Of a DNA stretch of 64,000 nucleotides, positions 25,375 through 39,785 are shown piece after piece. Below the pieces are notes generated by a model. That model was not told where the DNA came from. It worked only from the letters and a program-made list of their open reading frames with translations, and did not search any database. Source of the DNA: Octopus sinensis (Eukaryota); NCBI RefSeq assembly GCF_006345805.1, contig NC_043006.1, forward strand, positions 1 through 64,000, given 5' to 3'. How positions within the stretch are numbered: the stretch's first letter is position 1; every line of letters begins with the position of its first letter. The position numbers were made by a program, and so were the translations under genes.

Positions 25375-25590
25375 ATCATCATCGTAATCGTCGTCGTCGT
25401 TCTCATCATTATCATCATCGTTTAACGTCCGTTTTCCATGCTGGCATGGGTTGGACAGTTTGTCCAGGGCTGACAAACAGGAGAGCTGCACCGGGTTCCA
25501 GTCTGATTTATCTTGGTTTCAAGGGCTGAATGCCCTTCATAATGCCAACCACTTTACAAAGTATGCTGGGTGCTTTTTACGTGGCCCCGG
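25375..25590 (-). mobile_element. (ATG)n-tailed short retroposon (family E), degenerate
   Basis: CATCATCG..TTTAACGTCCGTTTTCCATGCTGGCATGGGTTGGAC. Same end at 27871-28128 (-) and 63085-63150 (+). Confidence 0.7.
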
Positions 25591-25754
25591 CACAGAGCTC
25601 TTGCAGCCAATCCTCTTCAGAAGTAGGCGGCATTAACACTTCTGTTGTGGAGGACGGGTCTTCATGAGTTCAGCAAGGCGCCAGAAATTAATTTATTCGT
25701 AGTGCATTCTTCATATCAATTCTCATTAATTTTCACATACTATAAGTACTCATT

Positions 25755-26017
25755 GTGGAGGCGCGTGGCTTAGTGGTTAGGGTGTCAGCATCATGATCGT
25801 AAGATTGTGGTTTCGATTCCTGGACCGGGCGACGCGTTGTGTTCTTGAGCAAAACACTTCATTTCACGTTGCTCCAGTCCACCCAACTGGCAAAAATGAG
25901 TAACGCTGCGATGGACTGGCGTCCCGTCCAGCTGGGGAACACATACGCCATTGAAACCGGGAAACCGGGCCCATGAGCCTGGCTATGCTTTAAAAGGGTG
26001 CATTTATTTATTACTAT
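25755..26017 (+). mobile_element. tRNA-derived SINE family D
   Basis: A/B boxes and GCGATGGACTGGCGTCCCGTCCAG block. 14-bp TSD TATAAGTACTCATT at 25741-25754 and 26018-26031. Confidence 0.9.
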
Positions 26018-26294
26018 TATAAGTACTCATTAACTACTAGTCTGTCCATAGTCAGAAGTTTGCTATTGTTTCTCTGAAGTAAAACTAACAAATCTAAAGA
26101 ATCTAATCGGTTTGATCTCACGTATTTTTCTTTGTGTATTTTGTTAGTTTTGCCTACAAAGAAATCAGATCTTTTGTATAATAACCATTTTGCTTATTTT
26201 TCATAGAAAAAGGTAAAACTTACACTTCAAATATGTGTGTGAGTGTATAAGTATGTGCGCATACATACATACATACATACATACATACATACAT

Positions 26295-26325
<31 letters not shown>

Positions 26326-27076
26326 TACATACATACATACATACACACACATACATACATACATACATACATACACACACATACATACATACATACATAC
26401 ATACATACATACACACACATATATACACACATACATACATACATACATACATACATACACACACACCTACATACATGCATACATACACACACAACTAAAT
26501 GCATGTATTTTATATACAAATGTGTGTGAGTGTGTGTGTGTGCGAAGAAGCATATTGTATTGATTATTTGTATAGGTTAGCAAAAATTAAAAGAAAAAGG
26601 GGGAAACGGATGTCTGTGTGTGTTGGTGTGGCTCGTGTATGTATATATATGTACATGTAGGTGTGTGTGCCTGTGTGTGTGTGTACGCACACACACACAC
26701 ACACACACGCACACACATACATATGCATTGCATGAATGTAAGGGAACATGTCATCAAATATGAGAAACGTGATAATGTATGTGTGTGTGTGTGTAAATGG
26801 TGTCAACGTGCCAGCCAGGAGGAAGGAACGGCTGCTATTGGACAGAAACCAGTAAACGTATGAATGGATCCGTGGCAAGGGTATGTAGCAGAGTTAAGAG
26901 GGTGGCTTAGTATATATCCATTCACTGCCAATTGTCGTTTGTACTTTTCACAGATATTTCTATGGTGGGTCGGCGAGGAGATGTCGTCTTCACATACACA
27001 GGTGCGAGCATGGAAATACTCGGACAGACAGACAGACACATATACAAACACGCGCACGCACACGCATGCACGAACA

Positions 27077-27123
<47 letters not shown>

Positions 27124-27218
27124 TGTTCTTAGCACATAGGGAATCAACACCTGTCATATAAACACAGACAATTAGCTATGCAGGGAGGCTCAGTGGCAAA
27201 CACACACACACACACACA

Positions 27219-27257
<39 letters not shown>

Positions 27258-27371
27258 TATATGATACACACATAGATGCATATATGTATATATGCATAAA
27301 ATACATGCAAACATACATATACTACAAACATCTATTTCTCTCTCTCTCTCTCTCTCTGTATATACGCACGC

Positions 27372-27406
<35 letters not shown>

Positions 27407-27416
27407 GTATATGTAG

Positions 27417-27480
<64 letters not shown>

Positions 27481-27870
27481 GTAAAGATAGATATTGCCAG
27501 TCTATGGGCTTACCCTCGGTTTCACATCCATATAGCACTTAGCTTTACATTTAACTTTATATTATCTTTGTATATTATGAGCACTTGTGGGTTATTCATC
27601 TGTTCTGCAATCTGCGCATAGTAAATATTATAGACAGTAATTTTGATATAAAGTACATGTCTGAATAGCGAAGAGCGGATTTCTTCACTCAGCTGGGTCT
27701 TATTATCTACATACACTGCAAGAATATCATGTGGCCGGCACTTATTTACCAAGTTTGATGTTCTCTTAATATCGTTGGTTGTGCAGGTCACTCTGACCTA
27801 CGAGGTCATGGTGCCTCTGTTTAAGTACCTAATTCAACTGAGGTTTAATTGTATATATATATATATATAT

Positions 27871-28128
27871 CATCATCATCATCATCATCATCATTTAGCG
27901 TCCGTTTTCCATGCTAGCATGGGTTGGACGGTTCAACTGGGGTCTGTGAAGCCAGAAGGCTACATCAGGCCCAGTCTTATCTGGCAGTGTTTCTACGGCT
28001 GGATGCCCTTCCTAACGCCAACCACTCCGTGAGTGTAGTTGGTGCTTTTTACGTGTCACCCGCACAGGTGCCAGACGGAGCTGGCAAACGGCCACGGACG
28101 GGGGCCAGGCGAGGCTGGCAACGGCCAT
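27871..28128 (-). mobile_element. (ATG)n-tailed retroposon (family E) in (TA)n
   Basis: (CAT)n, GCGTCCGTTTTCCATGCTAGCATGGGTTGGAC and GGATGCCCTTCCTAACGCCAACC. Confidence 0.75.
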
Positions 28129-28137
28129 ATATATATA

Positions 28138-28181
<44 letters not shown>

Positions 28182-28186
28182 TATAC

Positions 28187-28243
<57 letters not shown>

Positions 28244-28292
28244 ATATATATATATATATTATATATATATATACATATATATATATACATAT

Positions 28293-28367
<75 letters not shown>

Positions 28368-28371
<4 letters not shown>

Positions 28372-28828
28372 TTAGATGAATATGGTACTTAAGTTGAGGC
28401 ACCAGAATTTAGTACGGTATTATCCATACAATTTCAAAATAAAGTGATTAGAATCAAAATAAGCAAAAAGGATATCCAGAGGAAATGCAGTACAATCGCT
28501 TCACGCAACTCCATTTAATTGAACAATGCAATCATTACATAAATTTAAATGCAGAGCAATCCTCATCTGCATAAAGGCATAGAATTTAATTAAATTAAAA
28601 CAGATGGACGCATTAGTATAATTTTACCTAAAATATCCAAGAAGTTAAGGAGATAGAACATTGTTGCCCTTTCTTCCACTTAGAAGCTACTATTAAATTC
28701 TATGCCTTTGTGCAGTTGAGGATTGCTCTGCATTTTAAACTGATGTAATGGTTGCATTGTTCAATTAAATGGAGTTGTGTGAAACGATCGTACTGCATTA
28801 CCTCTGGATATCCTTGTTGCTTATTGTG

Positions 28829-28831
<3 letters not shown>
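28368..28831. repeat. Foldback element in (TA)n (arms ~140 bp, loop ~100 bp)
   Basis: Arms 28452-28590 and 28692-28831, with an ~85-nt left extension. GAAACGATCGTA at 28781-28792. Confidence 0.85.
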
Positions 28832-28869
<38 letters not shown>

Positions 28870-28872
<3 letters not shown>

Positions 28873-29315
28873 TCAATTTAGGGTAGTAAAAAATTCGATA
28901 GAAATTTATCACTACCAGCGGCCCAGTGGAAAGGAAAAATAGTCATGAGACTAAAATGTAAATATATAACAATTTAGGAATGGCCTTAACAGGCCATTCG
29001 TCCACTAGACAGAGCAGCCATAACTCTAACCGCAAAGTAATATAATTCGGAAATAGGTGAAAAATTAAAAACGTTTACCCTAATTCATCTTTTAGACGAT
29101 GCATCGTTTCTGCGTTTTTAATGATAGACCAGCTTAATTTAATTTAATTAAGCTGGTCTATCATTAAAAACGCAGAAACGATGCATCGTCTAAAAGATGA
29201 ATTAGGGTAAACGTTTTTAATTTTTCACCTATTTCCGAATTATATTACTTTGCGGTTAGAGTTATGGCTGCTCTGTCTAGTGGACGAATGGCCTGTTAAG
29301 GCCATTCCTAAATTG

Positions 29316-29323
<8 letters not shown>
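28870..29323. repeat. Foldback element containing a 362-bp near-perfect palindrome
   Basis: 28962-29323 is self-complementary, with one mismatch seen (29140/29145). ~90-nt left extension. GAAACGATGCATCGTC at 29175-29190. Confidence 0.92.
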
Positions 29324-29373
<50 letters not shown>

Positions 29374-29596
29374 AATATAATATATATACATATATGTACG
29401 TACATACATACATACATACATACATATATACATGCATATATATATACGTACATATATACATCCATATATACATACATACATATATACATATACACACACA
29501 CATATACATATATATATTTATAAATATGTATTTGCATATACGTATTCATATGCATATATTTGTGCTTATATATGTATGTATTTGTTTGTGCATGTA

Positions 29597-31212
29597 CAGT
29601 TGCGGCCAAAATGTTCAGAACGGCATTGTTTTCGTCAGAAAAGTAAGTATAAGTTTTTATCAAAGTAGTTTATATTCTATAATTTTCACAGACAATAAAT
29701 ACAATATTATTTGTTATTGTCTGAGATTCTGGTGTAATTTGAGAGGATAATACAAAAGTTATCGATGATTTAGTGATTTACTGCAAAACCCATGGCGGCC
29801 AAAATGATCAGAACGGTTGAAAAAATAACAAAATAATAAAAAATGACAGAGAATACTGGATTTATTTAATATTTAGTGTGAAGCCTTTTAGCTTCAATCA
29901 CACTCTGACATATTCGACTGCATGAGGAAATTAAATTTTCAATTTCTTGCTGAGTGATCTAATTCCATTCTTCCTGAAGGGCATTCCATAATTGCTCAGT
30001 TGTTTTAGGATTTCTGGCTTTCAAACGTTCTCCTAGAATATTTCACACATTTTCAATTGGATTGAGATCTGGGCTTTGAGCAGGCCAATCCATAACAATA
30101 ACCTTTTCAGCCTTGAGGAAGTTCATGACCACCTTAGCCTTGTGACATGGGGCATTGTCCTGCATGAATATGGGTGGTCGCTTAGTTGAATTTCTCAGCA
30201 CAGGCAAGACATGATCTTTTACAAGTTGTTTATAAACTCCTGCATTTACCTTTCCATGTAATCGCACCAAAAGGCTCACACCATCTCCAGATATCATCCC
30301 CCAAACCATGACACTTCCTCCACCGAATTTAACACTAGTCTTAAGGCATTTAGGCGACAATTTTTCATCTACTTTTCGACGAACGTACCTTTTCCCATCT
30401 GAGCCAAATAACATAAACTGAAATGCACCGTTTGCCATTTTTTTTGAGTCCACGACACATGTTCGGTTGCAAAGGTAAGACAACACTTTTTATTCTTGGA
30501 GCTGATCAGTGACTTCACTGCAGGTGCTCTTGCTTGTAGGTCATGTTCAACTAAACGACGAGACAGTTTTTCGAGATAAAGTTTTCTTCAATACAATGCT
30601 CATTTTCCGAGAAACAGCAGCAGCAGCAGTTTTAAATCTGTCCCTTTTAACCAACTTTACCATAGCACGATCTTCTCTCTTGTTCGTTTTTCTTGGCCTA
30701 CCTGTAAACTTTCTTGCTTCAAACGAACCACAATCATCGTAGACCTTAAGAATACCGTGAACAACACTTTTTGACTTGTTAACAATCTTTGCAATAGATC
30801 CAATACTTAAATTATCCTTCCTTCGAAGCTTAATAATCTGCTGACGAATTGGTAACGGAGTAAGTGGCATCATATTAACAAAGTACACTGCAAATATTCT
30901 TACTAATGTTTAGTAAACGAACCGTCACGTAAACAAATTCAAAACATCAGAGTTCGCCGGTTAAATATACTAAAACACGGAGTAAAAGCAACCGTTCTGA
31001 TCCTTTTGGCTGCCATGGGTTTTGCAGTAAATCACTAAATCATCCATAACCTTTGTATTATCCTCTCAAATTACAGCAAAATCTCAGGCAATAACAAATA
31101 ATATCGTATTTATTGTCTGTGAAAATTATAGAATATAAAACCACTTTGATAAAAAATTATATCTACTTTTCTGACGAAAACAATGCCGTTCTGAACATTT
31201 TGGCCGCCATTG
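29597..31212 (-). mobile_element. Tc1 DD34E IR/DR transposon (copy 2), transposase pseudogene
   Basis: Reverse-complement homologue of 2029-3642, TA-flanked. ORFs 30547-30888 and 30043-30486. Confidence 0.95.
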
Positions 31213-31239
31213 TATGTATCTATGTTTGTATATATATAC

Positions 31240-31287
<48 letters not shown>

Positions 31288-31389
31288 ATGTGTGTGCGTA
31301 GGTATGTATGTCTCTTCTTTTTTTTAACTATTATAAATCTTCCACTGAGGAGGGTGCCGGTTTCCAACAAAGATACATGGCTCCATCTT

Positions 31390-32580
31390 TGGGATGTAGT
31401 TAACAGAGACAAATTCACATTTGGAACTTGAGAAAAGTCTTGCATATTTTTACTGTTCCACTCACAGATTGCATTTGTACTGTACGAATTAACCGGTCGA
31501 TTTCTCTTTCTGAAAATCCCAGTTTATCCAGATTCTCCTTTAAGCATTTACTAATAAAACCTACTGCTCCAGTTATTATTTATATGAATACGAATTCATA
31601 GTCTGGATATAGAAGCTGGAGGTTCCGAAGCAGCTATCCATAGATATACTCTTTTTCTTTGATATTCAAAGAGATATCTATATTTGCAGGGCAGCTTACC
31701 TCTATGACGCTACATACCTTTGCCCCTCAGTCCCAAACAACAATATCCGGCCTGTTATGTTTACATCTGAAGTTTTGATGGGAATATTCCACCAGTATTC
31801 CTTGAGTTGGTGTTTATTAATGTATTCCATAACAGAGGGATTTTCGAAGTTTACTTCGGGACAGTCTTTTTTGCGGATGGCATTGTAAGTTGTTTTAGCA
31901 ACAACATCGTGCCGCATAGGGAGGTAGTGCCGCGACGACATTTTTGGACAGCTACTAATCACATGCGTAATATCTTTCACAGAAACATGATATAGCGTAC
32001 ATATGCGGTCGCACATTGGGGTTACAAGAGCGTCACTGTTTCTCTTGTTCACCAGGTACCTTGTGACAATCTCCTGTTCCTGGATTGCAAACGCATATCC
32101 TTCAAAGTGTGATGTGATGTAGTGATCTTGTGTCCGAGAGAGGCTGCACTTCGTGTCAATTCTGACTTCTTCAAGCTTCCGGGCAACATACCCACGCATG
32201 GCCTTTTTTTTTATATGCTAAGTGCTTTCCATCCAGGTCTTCTCTGAAGTAAGAGAGCCCAGCTGTTTTGAGACATTATAGGAGATCATCAGGAAGAGAG
32301 TGCTTCATGAGGAGTTCACTGCGCACTTATACAATGTTGTTCACTTCACTTTTCAGGACTGTATTTATATATTTATTTTTGTTGCTGTTGTTTATCAGGT
32401 GCTGTCTGAAAGGATACTATACAGCATTCGAAGGCCGTCTGCACTGATCTTAGGCCTTTACCACTTTCATTTCTTCTTAGGTAGAATCTGTCAACATCAC
32501 TGTTTCTGTGGAAGTTCCCAGTTCTTGTCAGTATTTTGCGGGTTTTGATATCTATGGAGTGGATGTGTATGTATTCCATT
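31390..32580 (-). mobile_element. RLE-type (R4/Dong-like) LINE, C-terminal remnant
   Basis: DIKTRKILT..GNFH..SDVDR.Y..R..GKGL, FAIQEQEI and C..C....ITHVISSCPKM..RHDVVAK motifs. A second related fragment lies at ~32870-33390. Confidence 0.75.
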
Positions 32581-33598
32581 ATTCAGTTTTATTTCAAGAT
32601 TCCTTGCCAATAGAGACAGTGCCGAATTCTAATCTAGATCCAAGGCTCCTTCATCGGATTTTCAACATCACCGGTTTTTGTATGTATGTGTGCATATGTT
32701 TTCGTATTTACACGTGTAGATTTGTATGTTTTGTTTTACGTATGTCTTATGCATATACTTGCTTATTTAGACATCTTCATAAATACTTTAATGATAAACT
32801 TCTGGAAAATTTTACAGATTTTTACAGTTCCACTGATGGATTGGATCTGTAGTCTTCGAATCTGTTTTCCCCTTTCTGGTTTTGAGAAGCCTAATTTCTG
32901 AAGATTGGTGCTTAGGCATTGTGTTACATATCCCAGTGCACCAATAATTACAATTATAAACCTGCTTGCAACTGTGGATTTCTCAACAGTTCAGCGTAGG
33001 TATTTTCTTTTTCGCTGATCTTACGTTAACATCCGCTGTACAACTGATTTCCACAACTGTACAGTTTCACTTCTCTATCCCAAATCACTTTGTCAGATAT
33101 ATTTATGTTTACATTTTATTGAGGTTTCCCTGGGACATTCCCCCAAGACTCCTTCTATTTATGATTGGCTATGGCTTCTACCATACTGTGGGTTTTTAAT
33201 GTTTTTGGCCTCGGGGTTATCCTTCCGACGGATCTCATATAATGTCTTAGCTACAGTTTAGTCTCATATCGGTAGATAACACCCTGATAACATTTTCGGA
33301 CAACTACTGCTTACGATGTGGGTGACATCTTCAGTGTTAATTTCACAAAATCTGATTCGGTTATCATATTTTTGTGCTTTACTTGCCTCTCTGTCCCTTT
33401 CGTGCATCAGGTATGTGTGTATGTATGTGTGTATGTATGTATGTATGTATGTATGTAGGTAGGTAGGTAGGTAGGTAGGTAGGTAGGTAGGTAGGTAGGT
33501 AGGTAGGTAAGTAGGTGCGTGTATGTTAGTGTGTGTGTGTGTATGTGTGTGTGCGTGTGTGTGTGTACAGAGAATAAATAAATCGGACTTATGTACCC

Positions 33599-33833
33599 AT
33601 TTCTTTATTACCCACAAGGGGCTAAACATAGAAGGGACAAACAAGGACAGACATGGGTATTAAGTCGATTACATCGATCTCAGTGCGTAACTAGTACTTA
33701 ATTTATCGACCCCGAAAGGATGAAAGGTAAAGTCGACCTCGGCGGAATTTGAACTCACAACGTAACAGCAGACGAAATATCGCTAAGCATTTCGCCCGAC
33801 GTGCTAACGTTTCTGCCAGCTCGCCGCCTTAAT
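33599..33833 (-). mobile_element. Family C SINE
   Basis: 17-bp TSD ATCGGACTTATGTACCC at 33582-33598 and 33834-33850. Confidence 0.92.
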
Positions 33834-34229
33834 ATCGGACTTATGTACCCGCGAAAAGGCAAGTATGCATGTCCGATGTATTAGCATGATTTATATCAAT
33901 AGATTCGATTGCAGACATGAATGTTGCAATCTTAATAATTCCGGTTGTTGTATTGGACTCTACAAGTATGGTATCCTTTCGTCAGTTCACTCTGCACTTA
34001 CAACACAGAGGAAGTGCAAATGCATTAAACTGCATGACCTAAGCACAATTGTCAACAGGAAAATATTAATTGCCAATGCATTTATACTCTATAGAATTCT
34101 ACGCAAATATAGACGCTTCATAACAGAAGAAATGCCTATTATACAGCACATAAATATTATAATATTATACCCTAGCCAAAGCCAAATCTACATGCCTGAC
34201 TCATGAAGTATAAATCTAATTTCATATTC

Positions 34230-34303
34230 CATATATATACATATATATGTGTGTGTGTGTGTGTGTATATATATGTATATGTATGTATATATACATATAT
34301 ATA

Positions 34304-34361
<58 letters not shown>

Positions 34362-34503
34362 TATATATGTATATGTATGTATGTATGTATATATAAATAC
34401 ATATATATATACATATATACATATATATATATACATATATATATATACATATATATATATACATATGTATATACATATATATATATACATATATATATAC
34501 ATA

Positions 34504-34567
<64 letters not shown>

Positions 34568-34679
34568 GATATATATACATATATATATATATATGATATA
34601 TATACATATATATATGATATATATAATATATATATATATGATATATATACATATATATATATATATATGTATATGTATG

Positions 34680-34776
<97 letters not shown>

Positions 34777-34777
34777 A
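34230..34777. repeat. Long interrupted (TA)n microsatellite, representative of many tracts (e.g. 7112-7285, 26260-26495, 36620-36785, 57425-57920)
   Basis: Direct inspection. Confidence 0.95.
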
Positions 34778-35074
34778 ACAGTCATACGAATGTGTTACCA
34801 TAAGGAAAATATATAATTGTCACTAAAAGCAACTAAGGGCGTCAAATACCTACACTGCTAGAAATAAGAGCTAAAATGCTTTAATGCTGTAGCAAAAACA
34901 CATAATTCTATACATATATGCCCATGGAGCTATGATAGCCAAAATACACCGATTCGAGAATTCCCTATAATGAAAGTTCAGTTTCGGTTATTTCCGTAGG
35001 CTCTTCAGTAGGGACCGCTCGTTCGGTTCTTTCCGGGCTTAACCAACCGTCAGCATATAAGTATTTTCCATTAA

Positions 35075-35117
<43 letters not shown>

Positions 35118-35128
35118 ATTTAAGTATA

Positions 35129-36255
35129 CATTGGGTCATCCCATAAATAATGCGGGTTTTTATATTTTTACTTTTCAAAATTAACATAACAAAGTTCTTT
35201 TTTAATCTAAAATATACTCTCCTTCACTTTCTACAATGCTCTTCCATCTATCTGGCAGACTTGCAAGCTCCTTCTTCCAAAATTCACTTGTCCGTGTCGA
35301 AAAATCCTCTTCCAGTACTGTTCTGACCTCGTCTACAGAATTCATATTTCTTCCGTCCTAATGATTATAAAGACTGCGAAATAAATAATAATCAGATGGG
35401 GCAATGTCCTGTGAATATAGTGTATTCAAACTGCTCCAGCCGTTGGAATGTCATCCTCGCTGTATGTGGCGGAGCATCATCCTGATGGAAGAACACCTTT
35501 TGTCTTGAAACCAAAGATGGTCGTTTTTCTTCTAGCGTTGATTTAAGCTGCCCGCGGGATATCTCCTTTGTTATCATCTGGCTTGGGTTTAAAAGTTCAA
35601 AGTAGATTAAACCTTTCATATCCCACCAAGCAGATAACAACACCTTGCGTGGATGAAGACCTTCTTTAACCTGGGGTGCCTGTGTTCCTTCTTTCTTTAT
35701 CCACTGTTTTCGAAGCTTGATATTTTCAGGGAGAACCCCTTTCTCGTCACCAGTTACTATTCAGTCAAAAAAAAGGGTTCATTCGCGAGACGTGACAGCA
35801 AAGACGAGCACACATTCACTCTCTGCGTGCGATTAAACGGGGAAAGTGTGTGACCCAATTTGCTGACTTTTCCGATGGCACGCAGGTGTCGATGAATGGT
35901 TGAATAACTAAATCCAAGATTCTTTGCTAGTTTCTCAACAGTTACGATTTTGTTCCACCAGAGTTTGCAGGACGTCCTCGTCGAACTCTACAGATCTTCC
36001 AAGACGAGGCTCGTCTTCTGGGCTGTAGTTTTCGGCTCGCAATTTCTGAAACCACTGTTGACTCTGGCTTATGCTTATTGTCCGATCCCCATATGCTGCA
36101 TTAATACACCTCGCAATTTCCGTTGAGTTGTTGCCTTTATTGAACTCATAAAGCAAAATATGCCGAATATACTCCTTTGTCGCTCCCATTATAGCTTTAA
36201 AAAAATAACTTAAAATCGAACTGCACTCTTCAAAACCTGCACTAAGAATAAGGAT
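35129..36255 (-). mobile_element. Degenerate mariner transposon
   Basis: ORFs 35935-36189 (IRHILLYEF..WFQK..EDEPR.GR) and 35392-35643 (WWDMKG..HQDDAPPH). Terminus CATTGGGTCATCCCATAAATAATGCGG. Confidence 0.82.
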
Positions 36256-36642
36256 GTAGTTTCTTCGATGTATTTATATATGTGAAAGTGAAAATACAAA
36301 AATGTTTTTCTTAAGAAATGTTTTCTAATAACAGTTTTTCTGAAAATATATTGGTTTTAAATTTTGGAATGAGGCAAGTTATTTCATGGGGGAAGAGTAA
36401 GTTGAATACATCAATCCCAGTGCTCCACTGGTACTTTATTTTTATCGACCCCTGAAAAGTAAAGTCAACTTCGGCGGAATTTGAACACAGGACGTGAAGA
36501 CAGGTGAAAGTCTGTTGAGCATGTTGCCCGCCGTGCTAACGATTCGGCCAGCTCGCCGTCGGTTTTTACTGGAAATATATTATTGTATGTTCGCACAAGG
36601 TGAGTTTTACATACAAAACGCAAGAGAGAGAGAAAGAGAGAA

Positions 36643-36724
<82 letters not shown>

Positions 36725-36747
36725 AGAGAGAGAAGAGAGAGAGAGAG

Positions 36748-36778
<31 letters not shown>

Positions 36779-36935
36779 AAAGATTTCATTTCTTAGAAGT
36801 TTTCATATGAAAAAATTAGTGAATAAATTTTAGAGCATGTTGTAGCCAAAAGAGATTTTGTAGTAGAACAAAGATCCTATTTCGTTGACCGGGGTTTAGG
36901 TTTTTACTGTCGTTAAGCTTATCAAAGCTCTGGGT

Positions 36936-37089
36936 CAGTGGTCCCAAAACCTTTTCACAGTGGTTCCCCTTTTTATTATACTTATCCTTATGTAAAACAT
37001 GTATATGAAACTTTGAATTTTGTTCACGGACACCCAGTATTACTTTGCAGACCACCAGGAGTCCGTGAACCCCAAGTTGGGAACCACTG
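36936..37089. mobile_element. hAT-like MITE
   Basis: TIRs CAGTGGTCCCAA / TTGGGAACCACTG. Degenerate 8-bp TSD CTCTGGGT / CTTTAGGT. Confidence 0.6.
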
Positions 37090-37292
37090 CTTTAGGTGTT
37101 CTTACAGTACATGCATATACACACCTGCATACATACATACACACCTGCATACATACATACATACATACATACATACATGCATGCATGCATGCATGCATAC
37201 ATACATACATACATACACACATACATACATACATACATACATACATACATACATACATACATACATACATACATAATACATACATACATACA

Positions 37293-37597
37293 TGGACGTA
37301 CATGGCCTAATGGTTAGAGCAGCGGACTCGCGGTCGAGGGATCGCGGGTTCAAATCTCAGACCAGGCAATATGTGTGTTTATGACGAAACACCTAAGCTC
37401 CACGCGGCTCCGGCAGAAAGTAATGGCGGACTTCTGCTGACTCTTTCGCCACAACTTTCTCTCACTCTTTTCTCCTGCATCAAGCAGCTCACCTGCGACG
37501 GACCGGCGTCCCGTCCAGGTGGGAAGTCTATATGCCAAGGAAACCGGGAAACCGGCCCTTATGAGCCAGGCATGGCTCGAGAAGGAACAAAAAGAAA
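37293..37597 (+). mobile_element. Family A SINE
   Basis: Collinear with 220-525, inserted in (TACA)n. Confidence 0.9.
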
Positions 37598-37650
37598 CAT
37601 ACATACATACATGCATACACAGATACATGGTAGCGCACACGTACACACAG

Positions 37651-37713
<63 letters not shown>

Positions 37714-38609
37714 GTCTCAAAGTGAGATTAGATCCAGGAGAGATATCTAGCTTTATTTGACAGCTCATCATAAATCGCTTACCGCCTCCTTCCGAAACGA
37801 AGTAACGAATCCTCATGATTAGTCTGTAGACAAAGCCATGTCCTATGATGATCACGGTCACTTCCGTTTGTGGTCTCCTGTCAATGCAATTCCGCCGCCT
37901 TTTCGAAAACTTGAAACTGAAAGCATGACAAACTCATGGCGTATCAATTGGTCGGTGTTCCATCCTCACTGATCGTCTACACACAGACCCTACGCCGTCA
38001 CGATATCTGAAAGCTTGAACGCTTTAGCCACCGTTCAAAGCTTCGACTTACAAACATAAAGCAAACACACATACACACACACACACACACTTGTGCATAC
38101 ACACATGCATACACACACACATGCATACACACACACATGCACACACATGCACACACACACGCACACACATGCGCATACACATGAACACACACATATACAC
38201 ACACACACATACACATACACAGAGTATATAAATATACGTTGTAAATAATAAGGTTAGACAAAACTTTCTTTATTGTAACGTACCCAGAGCTCGTACAGCG
38301 TACTGAATGTATGTGTGTATGTGTGCGTGTATGTATGCTCATATATATGTGTATGTACACATAAGATTGTTCGTGTGTGTGTGTGTGTATGGGTGTGTGC
38401 GTATGTAGTATATATGTTTGTTTGTATATATATATTGCTTGTAGTTACTTCATCGATCTTTGCTGTAGTTGCTGAAGCAGACCAGCCAATGTTTGTTCAC
38501 GCATCTATTCCCGGCATTTGTCTGATTAGATAATCTTTCAGAGTCTGCTTAGAAGCATTCAAGCTGGCCACTCATGTCATTTCCGCCACTCACGCAAATT
38601 TTTAACACA

Positions 38610-38679
<70 letters not shown>

Positions 38680-38686
<7 letters not shown>

Positions 38687-39069
38687 TGAGAATGTGTGTC
38701 TGTCTGTGTGTTTCCCTAAAACTTGAGAACTACACAACCAATTTCATTCAAATTTTACACATGCCTTACTTAAGGTCCGGGGAGTGTCATTTTAAACTTT
38801 TTTCCTAGGGCGACCCCACAGCAATATCATATTTTATCCACTATTTCAGTATTACGTGTTAAAAGAGAAACAAAAACATCTCTTTATTGTAATGCAGACA
38901 CTTTCATTTTAATACTGAAACTATTAAAGTGAAAGTATTATATAGCAGGGATCAACCATTAACAGTGGTCATCCATTTTGCTAGAAGAAGATCCGCTATG
39001 GTCTTATATGCTACACCACTGGTTTTCAATTCATATTAATCAAATTAATAGTAAATTTTTCACCCTTAT

Positions 39070-39104
<35 letters not shown>

Positions 39105-39530
39105 TAGCAATTCGTATAAAATTGCATCAATGACTTGAACTTGAATAAGTGGTTTCACATAAATGGGGTTAAATTAAAAAGGTTTGTTTTTATTATTATT
39201 ACTGTTTGACTATTGTAATCACGTTTTTGGTTCCTCGTCAGGGAAACGTTGTTGTGTTGAATTTGTTAAATAATTGTAAACCGTAACCCTCCCCCTTTCA
39301 GAGAAGGGGCTTTGGTTATTGTTTAAAAATTGAATTGTGTCCCTATTTGGGGAAATTGACAATATTTTCACCGTTTTTACGGAAGCATTTTTGTTAAAAT
39401 GCCTTCGATAGAAGAAAGTCCAAAAATGAATTTCGCTGCAGCCGTACACTTCTATACAAGAGGGAGGACAAGATCCAATTGATCGAAATTGCAAGAGACG
39501 GGCCTACAATTCCAGTCTCTTATATATTTT
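38680..39530 (+). mobile_element. Helitron-like non-autonomous remnant(s)
   Basis: TATAAAACTGAGAATGTGTGTCTGTCTG start with CAACCAATTTCATTCAAATTTTACAC core. Resemblance only. Confidence 0.4.
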
Positions 39531-39544
39531 GAGTATTGTTATCA

Positions 39545-39785
39545 CTTAATTTCACGTTGCTCCAGTTCACTCAGCTGTAGAAATGAGTTGTGACGTCACT
39601 GGTGCCAAGCTGTATCGACCTTTGTCTTTCCCTTGGATAACACTGGTGGCATGGAGAGGGGAGGCCGGTATGCATGGGCGACCGCTGGTCTTCCATAAAC
39701 AACCTTGCCCGGACTTGTGTCTAGGAGGGTAACTTTCTAGGTGCAATCCCATGGTCATTCATGACCGAAGGGGGTCTTTACCCTT
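39545..39785 (+). mobile_element. 5'-truncated tRNA-derived SINE family F
   Basis: Reverse-complement homologue of 40935-41268. Confidence 0.8.
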
